From: Octopus bimaculoides
Taxonomy: Eukaryota
Reading direction: 5' to 3'
DNA: 63,918 nucleotides
Assembly (NCBI RefSeq): GCF_001194135.2
Contig: NC_068994.1
Span: 37,143,409-37,207,326 of the forward strand
Position 1 is the first letter of the stretch. Every line of letters begins with the position of its first letter. A program made the translations under genes and the position numbers. The notes below the pieces were generated by a model that saw nothing but the letters and a program-made list of their open reading frames with translations, made no database searches and was not told where the DNA came from. This document shows, piece after piece, positions 37,385 through 52,009 of the stretch.

Positions 37385-38035
37385 AGAGTTGGCATCTCAA
37401 AACTGTAGACTGTATAGCCAACAAGTTTAAATTGTAGACATGCTATATTATTTCTGTTAGCTAGCCTAACAAGTACTCTAAGTATAGTCTGGAAAATCCA
37501 TTGTAATTGCTCCAAGTTCGTGCTAAGATAATCAAGAAGTTCTTTTGTTATCTATCAGACAGCTGGAAACAGCTGTGCAGGTTTTCAAAGCTTTTGTACC
37601 CACTTCTTCTCTGGGTTAAGCTCATCATGCATCTAAACTACAATTCGAATTCCTAACTAGTAGCAAAGAGTAGGATGTTTCCCTGAAGGTTTCTAGACAT
37701 AAAAGGAAGTTGGTTCAGCATACCCTGCAGGATGCATAAAGAGTTTACTGTTATTTCCATCCAATACCTCTAACTTACCTCCTGGATCCAGAAAGAGCAT
37801 CTGTACATACATACATATTTCTTTCCAGATAAGCACTGCCACTTCGCCATTTGATTTCATCAGACCACAAGACAAGTGTGTGTTGTAGACATGAAAAATG
37901 GGGCTGAGTACATGTGCGCCTGAAATTCTTGTTTCTGTAATGGCTGCCACATCTATATCTAGTCATTTGAGATTATTGAGCAATTGACCATGCTTCCAAG
38001 GTGAACTGAGACCACGTACATCTACCCATCCTACT
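37385..38035 (-). mobile_element. Tx1/L1-type LINE apurinic-like endonuclease domain, decayed
   Basis: VDVRGLSSPWKHGQLLNNLK*LDIDVAAITETRISGAHVLSPIF...GEVAVLI...FLDPGGKLEVLD...TSYSLLLV...LRVLVR...CLQFKLVGYT follows the APE motif order (NVRG, ET, GVAVL, GDWN-like, DRVL). Confidence 0.8.
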
Positions 38036-38659
38036 CTGAGTGACACAATGTTTATTGGGGAAACACTAGGGAGATGTTACTCACCTTCATCCTCAAGAAT
38101 GGTAGGTTGTCTGCGTTCTTTTCCCTGTCGGTGTCCCTTAAAAGGTTCTTGTAATAATATCTTTTTTTACTGCTTTTCTAAAAATTTCCACGTTCCCTGG
38201 GAAATTGTCCAAGAGTGTATGATAAATGTCATTTGATGTTTTATTAAAATATGTCGTTATATCTTTTGGGAATGAATTTTAAAAATTCTTACTCTTTACT
38301 ATTTCATATTTATAATTGATTGTTGTTTTCATCTATAATGGTGAAGTTGATGAGAAATAGTTTTTTATTTGCGTGTTTTGTTGTGCTGTTGTTAATATTG
38401 TTCTTCCTTTTATTCTTTGTTACTGGGCTTATGTGTTGTCCTGTTGTTGTTGTTGTAGAAGTAATATAGCAGGTTTGGTTGTGGTTCTGGTTGTGGTGGT
38501 GGTAGTGGTTTTGCAATTTATAGTTAGTGTTGTTTCAGTGCATGTGTTGGTGGGTGACAATTTTTGAAATTGAAGCACAAGGCATCAAATAAATTGACTG
38601 GTATGTTTTTTTTATATATTTTTTTTTACATCAGAAAGATGAAAGTCTAAGTGGACCTC

Positions 38660-38890
38660 TTATAATAGTAATCCTTTCTAAAATAGGTACAAGGCCTGAA
38701 AATTTTGGTGGTGGTGGTGGTGGAGTGGGGACTAATCGATTACAACTGGCTCTTATTTTATCAACCTCAAGGGTGATGAAGGTCAAGGTCAACCTCAGCA
38801 GCATTTGAACTCAGAATGTAGAGAGCCAGAAGAAATGCCATTAAGCATTTTGTTCGACTTGCTAATGATTCTGCCAGCTTACCACCTTAA
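38660..38890 (-). mobile_element. SINE family C
   Basis: GTACAAGGCCTGAAAATTTT...GGTCAACCTCAGCAGCATTTGAACTCAGAA...CTGCCAGCTTACCACCTTAA. Confidence 0.75.
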
Positions 38891-39816
38891 TATCACTTAT
38901 TATTATCACCTCTTATAATAAGGTGCTATTGATAATAATAAAGTGCTATTGATAATATTAAGGACTATTGACATTCAGTGCTAGATAGTAGTTTAAGAAG
39001 ACAGTTATCAATGTTATTAACTTTCTAATTTATATAAAGATCTGCTTTGTAGCCTTATTAACTGTGATTATATGAAAAGTAAAGTAAAATTGATTATCAC
39101 TGCAGAAAGAAAATCTATCTAAGAAATTGGATTAGATTTTGAACAATTAAAATCTAAATGTTAAAGCAATCAGCCAGGAAAACAACAAACTGATGTTGCA
39201 AAAGCAGTACTGTCAACCATAAAATCATGCCCTGACTGGGGCAACATAGACATATGAATAAACTATATATGATGAAATTAAATGATGGTGCAGATATAAC
39301 TGAATAGATATGGAGTTCAGTTTGTTATTGTGTAGCCTTAAACTCTATCTCACTCACAACATGGCAGTAACTACAGGTTGATTATTGAGTGAAATTAGTT
39401 GACAACAGCTGTACAGAAACCTGCCATTTGTTCGTTTGTTTGTCTGTTTGTTTGTATGTATGTCATTATTCTATTTTATTTCAAGATTTCTTGCTAATAG
39501 AGAAAGAGCTGGTTTCTAACCTAGATCCAAGGCCCCTTCATTAGAATTTCAACATCAACAACAGGGTATTTTTATATGTATGTATATGCGCAAATTTGTA
39601 TGTTTTGTTTTATGCATGTCTTCTCATGCATATACTTGCATATCTAGACATGCTCATATATACTTAAATGATAAGCTTCTGGAAAGTTTTACAGATTTTT
39701 ACAGTTCCAGTAATGGCTTGAATTTGTATTCTTTGAATCAGCTTTCTCTTTTCTGGTTTTGAGAAGCCCAATTTCTCAAGAATTATATTTAAGTAGTGTG
39801 TTATGTATGTATGTAT

Positions 39817-40130
39817 GTTCTCCATATAGCATCTGCTTAGGAATCCTGCTATCCTTCATTCTAATAAGGTGTCCAGTCCAACTTGTGAATGGAAGGAGAC
39901 TCCGACAGAAACCAAGGCTGCTATTTAAGGACTGTGTCAAGTCCTCATTAAACGTCTGTGATATGCAGGACATTGACTGGGAGAACAATGCCTGTCATTG
40001 CCACAGATGGAGGAAGCAGGTTAAGGAGGGGATCGACACTTGTGAGAGAGCACGTATCCAGCATGAAGAACTTAAGTGAGCTGCACGAAAGCACACGGCT
40101 CGTATAGTGAATGGGGAAAGCTTGGTGATG
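39817..40130 (+). mobile_element. RTE-type LINE 3' fragment whose first 64 bp are inverted
   Basis: Plus frame LVNGRRLRQKPRLLFKDCVKSSL...DWENNA...RWRKQVKEGI...EELK*AARK. Positions 39817-39880 read WTGHLIRMKDSRIPKQMLYGE on the minus strand. Confidence 0.85.
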
Positions 40131-40604
40131 GAGTAGTCACCATTGATGAGCTTTTATTTTAAGTGAAACTATACTAGTATGATTATCTCACTTGCTATGG
40201 GGCAGTTATTTCCTTTGTCAGTGCATAGACATGTGTTTCTTTGTGGTTGTAAGGGATTTTAGCTCTTATTTCTACCGATGTAGGTGCTACCCCACACTGT
40301 TAGTCACAATTAGTGACAACTGAATTTTCCTTCTTGGTTTTATATTGCGTATAGGCACCTTTGTTATTTTATACATGTACACACACACATATATATGCAC
40401 ATATATATATCATCATCATCATCGTTTAACATCTGCTTTCCATTCTGGCATGGGTTGGACGGTTTGACTGAGGACTGGCAAGCCAGATGGCTGCACCAGG
40501 CTCCAGTCTGATCTGGCAGAGTTTCTACAGCTGGATATATATATGCACACACACACAGAATGTATATGCACAGTATATTTATATCCAATAATAATATTCA
40601 AGTA

Positions 40605-40893
40605 ATATCCAGTAATAATATTCAAATACCTGAGCAGGTATCACCAAGCTTTTGGTAAAATTTGATGCAGATTCTCTGCTCAACCTTCTCTTGTCATTGT
40701 CAATGCAGTGATTACATGCTACACACATTCCTTCAAAGCACTGCTGTAAACAGTGGAAGCGACCTAGAACATTAAAACTTAGTGCACATGCACAGCCAAG
40801 TTCAAGGTCATTCTGTACCAAACAGCTTCACTCTGCATGTTTTAGCTTCTTTACTATGGCAATAGTCTGGATACTTATTGATCAGACTTTGTA
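40605..40893 (-). mobile_element. Mariner 5' end fragment (TIR plus transposase N-terminus)
   Basis: TA|CAAAGTCTGATCAATAAGTATCCAGACT resembles the TIR at 6427; KVEQRICIKFYQKLGDTCS matches the mariner N-terminal EQRxCIKFCxKLG motif. Confidence 0.8.
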
Positions 40894-40973
40894 CATATAT
40901 GCCTGTCCTTGTATGTCCCCTCTATGTTTAGCCTCCTGTGGGCAATAAAGAAATATATGTGTGTGTGTGTATT

Positions 40974-41078
<105 letters not shown>

Positions 41079-41500
41079 ATGCATGTATTAATATGAATGC
41101 ATGTGTCTATTCATACTGACAAATCTTAGTTCTAGTGTACCCAATAATGGTATGATTATTGAACTGACTATATTTTCAGTTTTGTAAATCTTTGACATCC
41201 TGAATCCCACCACCTACTGCTACTGCTTTGATGCCAAGAAAAAAAGAAAACAAAACAGCTGCAGCTCAAAGCTAGACAAAATGTTTCTTCTTTACATGTG
41301 GGTAACCTAATTTGCACATTGGTGTCAGTTTGGCAATATTTAAAAAAAACTATTACTAATATTCCAACCTTGTGTGAAAATATTCATTCAGTTATGAAGT
41401 GTGTACATCTGTGTATATGTATGTATATGTATGTTTGTGTATGTGGGTATATAGTTAGTGCTATGCATATATGTATATATTTATTTATGCACACACGCAT

Positions 41501-41553
<53 letters not shown>

Positions 41554-41688
41554 ATGTTTCATTCCACATGAATAAATTTGAAACTTGAAGATGCAATAAC
41601 TAAGATGCCTGTACTGTGTTGCTGAATACTTGGGGTAAACCCCAAATACCATTTCAGATAAAAACCATATAAGAATTTTTTAAAGTTT

Positions 41689-41731
<43 letters not shown>

Positions 41732-42060
41732 TGTTGTTGTAACTGTTAATGTCATAAGAGTTGTCATCTTCGTTGTGATTCTTATGTCCACTTTTCTATG
41801 CAGGTTTGTGTTGGATGTGACATAACAATTTCTTTTTGTGGGGATTTATATATACAGACAATAAAAAACACATGGGCTATTTTACTTCAACTTTTGCTTT
41901 TCATTTTGAAGTGTTTCTTTATTTTACATTCCTCTTTTTCCTCTCCATCTTTATACATAAAAAAAGACAATGTCTAAAGCATCATAATTATCTCCTGTTT
42001 TGCTTACCAATTCTATTATGAATGTATCCTATTTTGCGCTTTTTGTTTATACTTTCTCAT

Positions 42061-42110
<50 letters not shown>

Positions 42111-42659
42111 TGTGTGTGCGTGTATGTGAGTGTAAGTGTGTAAATGGAATATTAGACAAAGACTAAAATAAAACAAATAGTAATTAACTACAGGTACTTA
42201 AATGAACTGGTAGATCAAGCTACTGATGAATATAGACAGAAATGCAAAGCAAAAAATACATTAGACTATACTCCTACTAAAATATATATCTATTACACAC
42301 AAAATGTATTATATAAACCAAATGTATACTGGGTACAGCACAAATGAACATGTTCAAAAATCTCATAAAATGAAACACAAAATGTGTCACATTAAACCAC
42401 AAGTACAGCAATCTTTCATAAGAAAGAGCGATTGTAAAACATTACATCAAATACCATAAAACAAAGCTAGACTTTGAAAAGTGGTTGGCATTAGGAAGAG
42501 CATCCAGGTGTAGAGACTATGCCAAGTGGACAGCAGAGTCTGGTACAGTCCTGTGGCTTGTCAGCTCCTATATGTACATGTATGTGTCTGTGTGTGTGCA
42601 CATGCACATGTTTATGTGTGTGCGTGTGTGTATGTGCATGCATGTCCGTGTAAGTAAGT

Positions 42660-42808
42660 GTACTGTATCAGAAGTTTGCTTCCTAACTACATTGTTCTGG
42701 GTTCAGTCGCACTGTATGGCACCATAGGCAAGTGTCTTCTACTATAGGTTGGGCTGCCCAAAGGCTAGTGAGTGGATTTGGTAGATAGAAACTGAAAGCA
42801 GCCCATTT

Positions 42809-42865
<57 letters not shown>

Positions 42866-43078
42866 GTGTATCTTTGTGTCTATTTTTGTCATCCACAACT
42901 GGTGCTGGTGTGTTTATATGCTCATAACTTAACAGTTCACCAAAAGAGGCCAATGGAATAATTATCAGACTTTAAAAAAAATGTACTAGCAGTGATTCAT
43001 CCAACTAAAATTATTCAAGGCGGTGCCCCAGTATGTCCACAGTCTAATGACTGAAAGAAATAAATGATAAAGGATAAA
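42660..43078 (+). mobile_element. SINE family A
   Basis: AGAAGTTTGCTTCCTAACTAC...GGCGGTGCCCCAGTATGTCCACAGTCTAATGACTGAAAG. Confidence 0.8.
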
Positions 43079-43355
43079 AGATATGTGTGTTTGCATGCAT
43101 GTGTGTGTGTATGATTATGTGTATGTACACATTTATGGTACCAACGAGAGATCAATGCAAGAGGAGTTGAAATGATTTTTATGAATAATAAAATTTCTTG
43201 TAAATTTTGTTTTCTGTCTCTATCATTTGGTATATATTTATGTATATATATCTATATGCATGTATATATATGTACACACATCCATACATATATATTATAA
43301 ATATGTATACACGTGATGCATATGTGTGTATGTGTAAATAATATGTGTGTGTGTA

Positions 43356-43387
<32 letters not shown>

Positions 43388-46300
43388 AGTGTGTATTTAC
43401 AGATGTAAATCTATAGTGAAGTATCCTTAGCTTGGCTTCACTGAAGTAGGGCAAAAACATGCCCAGACTAGTTTAGTTCTTATGAAGAAATGTAAAATTT
43501 AAATTAATAATGATCTTGTATATTAATAATGATAATAATACAATTAAATATTTGTATACTTTTTAATTTAGTTTCTAAACTCAAGTTCTCTGAGATCCTT
43601 GTTTGCTATTGTTCAGTCGCACGGAGTAAGATAAGACTGAAGTGTTAAATCTAAGTCGTAACCATCTGTTATATAATGAAGCTCTGGAGATTAGAATATT
43701 GTCGAGGAAGTGAAGACAGACTTCGTGCTAGACATCTTCATTTATGAAAGCCTTTAATAAAGGACAACGTTTAGTGTTGTACCTTATTATTTTTTATTTT
43801 TCATTGGGCAATTTCTTGGCAAGATTTATTCCATAATCTGCTGTTAAATTTTGAAAAATAAAAAAAATTAAAATCTTATTTTTTACCTTTTCTTTTTTCT
43901 AATTATCTTAGGTCTCTTTGCTGGTAAGCCATAAAATTATCTTATTTAACCCAAAATGATGAAGCTATATATTTATAATTTTACTTGAAAAAGGGAAAAT
44001 TGAGTAAAAAAAATTACCAATTTCTAAGTTGTTATTCCAGATGAAGTGATAGTTTTGTTCCTTTATAGGTAATTAAAAATTATAACTACACATAGACCAA
44101 GTAATGAGCTTGTGTAATGTTTTAATTACAAAGTAGAAAAAGATGTTTTTCTGTACTTTTTGTGTTTTTTGCTTTTTTTTTTGTTTCAATGTATGTGGCG
44201 GTGGGAGATTTTTCTTTTTAGTATAAAGAATGGTAATCTAAAATCAGTGAAAAAGCAAAAGGAAAAAAAAACAGAAGAAATTAATGAACCAAAATAATGG
44301 TTACAGATTTTAATTAAAATTATTGAAAGATAAAATTTAAATTGTAAGCTTGGCTTTGCAAAAATGAAATTTGTTTATTTTTTTTATAAAAGAAAATATT
44401 TAAAAAAATATACTTTTTAAGATTCATCTTTGGAAAGGTTTGATGAAACTAATTTTGTTAATCAAGCAACGTCAAAAGCAGCTGCAGGAAACTCTTGAGT
44501 ATAAAAATAAGTCCATTCCTTGATGTAGGGTTTTGCTTTTTGTAATTTTGTTCTCTCCAAGCATGTGAAAAGAGAAAAAATGTTAATGATCGAGTCTTAG
44601 CCTTAAGACTTTTCAGAAGCTAAAAACCTTTTTTGAATGAATATAATAATTAATTATTTGTATTATTTAGTATTTCCAGCTTTTTTTTTTTTTTTTTTTT
44701 TTTTTTAGTTGTATGAAAAAAAAATATTGAATATCATCAAATCTGATGTCCACAAATCCTCCATGCTATATCATGAATACCTTTCTGATATTTATTCTTC
44801 CAATTCTAGCATTAGCTATCTGGATTGAAAACAAGTTTCTCTACATGCCTTTCCAAAAGTATTTCATAATAAAAGCAAACTTTCTTGGTTAGTTTCAATA
44901 ATTAATTCTTCCAGCAAATTGTCACTCTCCACTACCAGGTCATTGCATACATATCATTCTTCATGTTCTTCTCATTGAAGATGTAGGACCTAGTGGTTAG
45001 GATATTAAGCTTATGATCATAAGGTTGTGGGTTCAATTTCTGGACTAGGCAGTGCATTGAGTCCTTGAGCAAAGCACTTATTTTCACATAGTTTTAGTTT
45101 GCCTATCTTTAAGGAGGACCAGGCCAGTACTGGTATAACTCTTTCTTTTACTCCCTCTATTTTTCCCTCTCTCTCCTTCTCTCTCCAGCTGTCATACCCT
45201 AGATGTTCCACTGGGTCACAGTTGAGGGGTTAAAACAATTAGTGAAAACAGGGTACATGTTACCAAACCATACTTATTCACAGGAGCATTTCTGGGGAGT
45301 GGGGTTAAAACAGTGGTCCACCTTGGGGATGCTTTTATAGAAGCAACACTTTGGGGTTTGCTATATAAGCCTGTATAGGGTGGGTGGGGGACAAAATACT
45401 GCTATACATTTTGCCTGTTGCAAACATTTCTGCCAGCTTGCTTCCTTACATTTGTTGTATATTGGGAGGTCATTATGCCAATACACATACAATACACATG
45501 TGCTGATTCTATTTCACATCTTTATTTCTGTTAGTCAATTGGCTAGCCATTCAATCAATTAATTAATTGGACTGTTTGATTGATCATCTTGTCAATCAGT
45601 CAGTTGATTAAGACCATTAGCACACTTACCATGTTCAATATAACCTTATAAAAGCTCAAGGACTCAATGAACTGTCCAGTCCAGAAACTGAACCCACAAC
45701 CATATGATCATGAGTTTAACAACTCAACCACTAGGTCTTGCATCTTCATGGGAAAGAACATGTAGATTGATAGAAATCTATGACCTGGTAGTGGAGTGTG
45801 ACCATTTGCAGGAAGAATTAATTATTGAAATTAATCAAGAAAGTTTGCTTCTATTATGAAATACTATTATATTATATGAAATACTGTTTGTATTATGAAA
45901 AGGCATGTAGAGAAAAGTTACATCCATATAACATTTGAAATGTTTTAATCTATATTGCATCCTAGACAGCGAGCTTCATTCATTCTTAGTTTAAATTAAG
46001 CTGCCAGATTAAGGAATCCTACCAATAAAAATTAACATCATCTTGAAACTTCTAACAGAAAATCTTTACAATGAATGCATTTAAGGAAGTGATTTAAATA
46101 AAACTTATTTTTCCTCAACTGTTGGCTTATACAAATACTGTCTCCTCATAATAAGTACAGAAATTTCCTTCTTAGGATGAGGAATTTCCTACTGTTAACA
46201 TCTTAGAATTAAGTCATATAAACCTTGAACAATTCTTTGCATGCGATCGATTTTTAAATTTCAACTATTGACCTCAAGCTGTGGTCAAATTAACTATATT

Positions 46301-46958
46301 TTAGAGATATTTTCACAAAAGTGTCTTCAGAAGAACTACTACCAATATCAATAAGGCTGCTTCATATAGCCTACATGGAAAACTATATAACATTTCTGTC
46401 TGAATATTTCTCTGGAAATTTTCTTTAAATTGTCTTTATTTCTTCTCTTCTAGAAAGGTTTAGATTTACATTTTTATCATTCTAAAAATTAAAAATTCTT
46501 CGCATATATGAAGACATATACTTCTGATAGAACCTCTGTGGATGTGTGTGTGTATGTGTTAAGCATGTATCTTAATGTGTTTGAATTTTAGGGAGGAAAT
46601 TGAAAAACTGTAAATTTGAATATATGCAAGATTAAAAGAGCATTATAAGAGCATGTTGTAGCAATTTTACAGACATGCAGATGTGTGCACAACTGCGTAC
46701 ATTTGTTCATTCATGTATATATCTAAATATACTTACATGTATTCATTTATATGAATACATGCATAACATACAAATATATATATATAAATGTGTGCATACA
46801 TGCATACATTTGTTCATTCATGTATATATCTAAATATACTTNNNNNNNNNNNNNNNNNNNNNNNNNNNNNNNNNNNNNNNNNNNNNNNNNNNNNNNNNNN
46901 NNNNNNNNNNNNNNNNNNNNNNNNNNNNNNNNNNNNNNNNNNNNNNNNNNNNNNNNNN

Positions 46959-47011
<53 letters not shown>

Positions 47012-48279
47012 CACACACATACATATATATATAAATAGATATATATATGTATGTATATGTATATGTCTTCCTTGGACTTTCCTCTGTCTCCTATTACTGA
47101 AGAAGAATTTTGCTCACAACATAAGACACCCTTTCTTTCCTTCCCTGAGCATCTTATTAATACTTTGCATGTACCACGTCCTCACATTGTTGTTTTATTC
47201 TATTTTTTGAGGGGTTGCAATTAATTTTATATATATATGTATATGATTATTGCAAGTGAGGTTTTGTGAGGAGATAGATTCCTCTTTAAAGGGATGTCAA
47301 CATCCAAGCGTCCTCTGGCTTTATCTTATATATCAATGAACTTTCTAGAATCCTGTTTATCCATGGTAGTATTAGTGTTTATTATTTATTAGGCACCAGT
47401 ATTATACACATTTCAGAGTTTCAGTATTTCATATAGATTTTCACTTCTTATCAATATATGTGGGTATAGTTATAGTAATATATCATAAAGGAAATGGAAA
47501 GTTTGAACACAGCATAATCCATTTATTTTACATTTTGTCAATTATATAAGCCTACAATCATTTCCATATCAATCTCCATTCAAATTACGATTAGAATTGC
47601 ATTACGAAATAACAAAGGTAGATATTTCTTCAGGGTGAAAATTGACACATTTGTTTTTACATCCTAATAGACTGAGCGTACTTCAACAGACTAAAATAGT
47701 GGCATGCGTTTATTTATGTGTGTATGTTAGCATGTATGAAACAAAGAAACCGTTATAGATATATATATACGTATTTTTCATTTATGTGTTTATAAGTAAG
47801 TACATCTGTTTATTTCATTTTAATTTATACTATTAATTGTGAGAACTTGAATTGATAGTATAATTTTTATTAATTTATTAATTATTTTCTAGGTATGTTA
47901 GTTATAATTGTTGGTATCTAGGGTTAATTTTTATATTTTATTTAATAAATTTAACTACATCTATTTAACCAGGGTATTGTTTTCTATGTATCATGCACAT
48001 GCATACATAAATAAATGCATACTGCTATTTTAGTCTGTTGATGAATGCTCAGTCTATTAGGATGTAAAAACAAATGTGTAAATTTTTGCCCTGCATAAAT
48101 ATCTACCTTCATTATTCCATAATGTAATTTTAATTGTAATTTGAATGAAAATGGATATGGAACTGATCGTAGGCTTATATAATTGACAAAATGTAAATAA
48201 ATGGATTATGCTGTGTTCAAACTCTCCATTTTGTGTATGATACACACACACACACGTGTGTGTGTGTGTGTGTATGTGT

Positions 48280-48595
48280 GAAGGCACATGGCTCAGTGGT
48301 TAGATCATTAGGCTCATAATCACGAGGTATTGAGTTCGGTTCCCGGACTGGGCTGTGTGTTGCGTTCTTGAGTAAGACACTTTATTTCACATTGAAATGA
48401 GTTGCAAAGTCACTGGCACCAACTTGTATCAACTTTTGCCTTTCCATTGGATAATATTGGTGGCATGATGAGGGGTGGGTGGTATGCATGGGCAACTGCC
48501 GGTCTTCTCTAAACAACCTTGCTCAGACTTGTGCTTTGAAGGGTAACTTTCTAGGTCTAATCTCATGGTCATTCATGACTGAAAGGTGTCTTTAA
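48280..48595 (+). mobile_element. SINE family B-type head with a distinct body
   Basis: GAAGGCACATGGCTCAGTGGTTAGA (A box) ... GAGTTCGGTTCCCGG (B box) ... TTCTTGAGTAAGACACTTTATTTCAC. Confidence 0.75.
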
Positions 48596-48617
48596 CCTAT
48601 ATATATATATATATGTA

Positions 48618-49075
48618 TCATCATCATCATTTAACGTCTGCTTTCCATGCTAGCATGGGTTGGACGATTTGACTCAGGACTGGTGCACCAGGCTCCAGTG
48701 TGATGAGGCAGAGTTTCTACAGCTGGATGCCCTTCCTAAAGCCAACCACTCTGAGAGTGTAGTGGGTTCTTTTACGTGCCACTGACATGGGAGCCAGTCA
48801 CGCGATACTGGCAACAGCCACGCTCAAAATGGTGTTTTTTACATGCTACCTACACATGAGCCAGTCCAGCGGCACTGGCAACGACCTCGCTCAAATAATT
48901 TTCTAATGTGCCACCAGCACAAGTGCCAGTAAGGTGGCGCTGGTAACGATCACACTCAAATGGTGCTATTTATGTGCCACTAGCACGGAAGCCAGACAGC
49001 TGCTCTGGCAATGATCATGCTCGGACAGTGCTGTTAGTGCTCCACTGGCACTGGTGCCAGTCATCGAATATTGTT
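48618..49075 (-). mobile_element. Long SINE family D copy including about 4.5 tandem units of about 66 bp
   Basis: Family D 3' segment followed by repeats of TTTAYGTGCCAC..GCAC..GAGCCAG...CTGGCAACGA.CACGCTC. Confidence 0.8.
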
Positions 49076-49458
49076 CAATTACATATTATATATATATATA
49101 TATATATAATTTTTTTTCTTTTCTGATGTATACATAGACACAAACACACACACATATATATATATCCAGGAATGTTTGATCATGTATCTGTGTGATGCTA
49201 CATGTCTACAGATATTCCAATATGTACAGCATATACATATTTCACCTCATAGATTGTGATATATGTGTACTTATATAAGCCAATACATACATAAATATGC
49301 GAGTAAATAGTTGTGTAAATATGAGTGTATTTGAAATGGCAAGTGTGTGTGAGAGTGTATATGTTTGCATGTATATGTGTGTGTGAATATATATATAAAT
49401 ACATATATATTCATATATACATACATATATATATATAAAATATATATACATAAATAAA

Positions 49459-49502
<44 letters not shown>

Positions 49503-49507
49503 AATAA

Positions 49508-49562
<55 letters not shown>

Positions 49563-49567
49563 AATAA

Positions 49568-49613
<46 letters not shown>

Positions 49614-50574
49614 TGATGCATATATTTGTGCATGAACATTTGTATATGTGTGTAAGTCCATATGTATATGAATATGTGACTTGATTACCTCAGTTTTGCA
49701 TAAACTTATAATCAGTTGTAACATAATGACTCTACATGCATACAAACTGGAATGTCAGCTAGTCTTCCATTTTCAATTAACATCCGAAGACTGCAGCTAC
49801 AATTCAGTCATTAGCACCATTTTCCTGCTAGCTGAAAGGTGCAAGCTTTGAGCTCGCAGCTAACCAATAATGTACATGCTATATCTATTAGCTTTGATGT
49901 TACGACTAGCCAAGGAAATTAACAACTTTGCTTGAAAAGGTCTTATGGCTCTGCCATATGCAAGATAGGTGGAGGTCTGTTGCATAATATAGGAAAATTA
50001 TCTCCAAAAGTATATGAAGTTAATGAGAAAGGTTTGATTCTTCTAGAAACTTCTATCACTTAAAGATAATTCAATAACTTTGCAGCACCTTCTTGCTACT
50101 TAGCATTAGTTAGTAACATATTTATTAGTAATCCAACATGAAATTATAGATATCTGGTGTCAAATTGTTTTAAATACTTGTCTTTCTCTCTCTCTCTTTC
50201 CCCTCTCTCTCCCTCCCTCTTTTTCTCTCTGCCTTTCTTCAAATCCGACATGAAGTTGAAAAGTATCTCTTGATACAGGCTCATTAAGCCAGACCTTAAC
50301 TGGATATCCACTGTATTTAAGTGTATAAAAGTGCTAAACTCCTACCTGCTCAGTCCAACACTAATTTTTTGCAAGGTTAACCCTGCTCAGCTGTCACAAG
50401 TTGGATGGACTGAAGTGTTGTGAAATGAAAGTGCTTTAAGGACATACTGTACTGCCCAGTTTGAGCCTGGAACCCGTGACCTAATGATTGTGAGTCCCAC
50501 ACACTAACCATTAGGCTGTGAATCTTCACATATCTAATACAGGAGAAAAATAATTTTAATCCAGTCAACAATTG

Positions 50575-51052
50575 TAGGTATGGGTGTTTGGTAAGAAGCT
50601 TGCTTCCCAATCACATGGTTCCAGGTTCGGTCCCACTGCATGGCACCTTGGGTAAGTGTCTTCTGCTATAGGCTTAGCTGACCAAAGTATTGTGAGTGGA
50701 TTTGGTAGATGGAAACTATATTTGTGTGTGTGCGTTTATATCTGTGTGTTTGTATATATCTGTGTGTGTGTGTGTGTCTGTGTATCTGTGTGTGTATCTG
50801 TGTGTGTGTATCTATGTGTCTGTGTGTGTGTGTATCTTTGTGCCTATGCTTGTCCCTCACCACTGCTTCACAGCTGGTAGTGGTGTCTTTACGTCCTTGT
50901 AACTTAATGGTTTGGCAAAAGGAGACCAATAGAGTAAGTACCAGGCTTAAAAAGAATAAGTGCTGGGGTTGATTTGTTTGGCTGAAAAGAATCCCTTCAA
51001 GGTGGTGCCCCAACATGGCTTCAGTCTAATGACTGAAACTAGGAAAAGATAA
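50575..51052 (+). mobile_element. SINE family A
   Basis: GGTAAGAAGCTTGCTTCCCAATCACATGGTTCCAGGTTCGGTCCCACTGC...GGTGGTGCCCCAACATGG...GACTGAAAC. Confidence 0.85.
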
Positions 51053-52009
51053 AACTGCAACAATATCATATTTAATTACTTTTCTTCTGTTGTATCTTCA
51101 ACATCACTGCATAGCAACAGCAGCCAAAACGCCTTCAAATTTTATTGTCTTCAGAAACGTAAGCAACATTGGCTGGCATAGACTTACTTATACACAGTTT
51201 CAGTAAAAGATGGAGGTGGTCATCATTGAACCATCTTTCATCATTGCTGGTTTGGTACTAAATAACAATAACAAAACGTATATAATAGAAAAGCCAATAA
51301 CAAGGCCCCTATATAGTTGCTTACCTTGCTAGAAATAGCAACCAAATTGCTCAGAAACCTCTTCCTATTGTCTTAAAAATGTAAGGAAATATTTGATAAA
51401 ATATTCTTTGATATACTCTGCCTAAGAAAGACAGGGTCGTCATGGTTGGGACACCTTTAACCATAGGTCTGCCCAATCAGAGCTTACTTATGTTTAAACA
51501 ACTCCACAACACTTTATGTTCTGAAATCAATATGTTGTTAATATCATAAATATATAGGTGCAGGTGTGGCAATGTGGTAAGAAGTTTGCTTCACAACCAC
51601 ATGGTTCCAGGTTCAGTCTCTCTGTGTGGTACCTTTAACGATTATTTCTTATCTAATATGTTGGCCCCTACTTATTTTGCATGTTGTATATCATAAATTG
51701 ATGGATTTTTAGAGAAAATATTTTGAAGTAATTATAATTGTTAAAACTCTAAACATGGATTTCCATTGAATTATTGAAATTACAATGCTCGCAAAATAAA
51801 GTAACACCTTAGATCAATACTTCTCAAAATAGATGTGTAGAGAGGATGATTTTATATGGGTACTAGCGACAAAAGGTGGTAGATGCATCTGTACAGATTT
51901 TTTTAGTCTTTTTCTCCTAGTTAAATATTAACTTTTTGAAAAAAATAAAAATTAATGTTGATAAGCTGGTTGTTAGCTATAATCACAATAACTGATTTTG
52001 AAATGTGAC

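Noticed and set aside
37840-37880. VLWSDEIK Tc1-like motif and CTGATGA on the minus strand
   Set aside because: Another frame gives a coherent LINE endonuclease across 650 bp, and there is no GAAA/stem III for a hammerhead.
43628-43715. LRR-like peptide EVLNLSRNHL
   Set aside because: The frame is closed by stops on both sides within about 30 codons and lacks credible splice sites.
46290-46335. CTGAAGA-CACTTTTGTG-AAAA on the minus strand
   Set aside because: Stem II consumes the G of GAAA, and there is no stem I or NUH site.
46685-46841. Direct duplication of about 45 bp next to an N gap (also the repeats at 49440-49610)
   Set aside because: Probably gap-edge assembly redundancy or microsatellite slippage.
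47585-47640. CTGAAGA-AATA...TATT-TCGTAA on the minus strand
   Set aside because: Core mismatch (GTAA) and no stem I complement.
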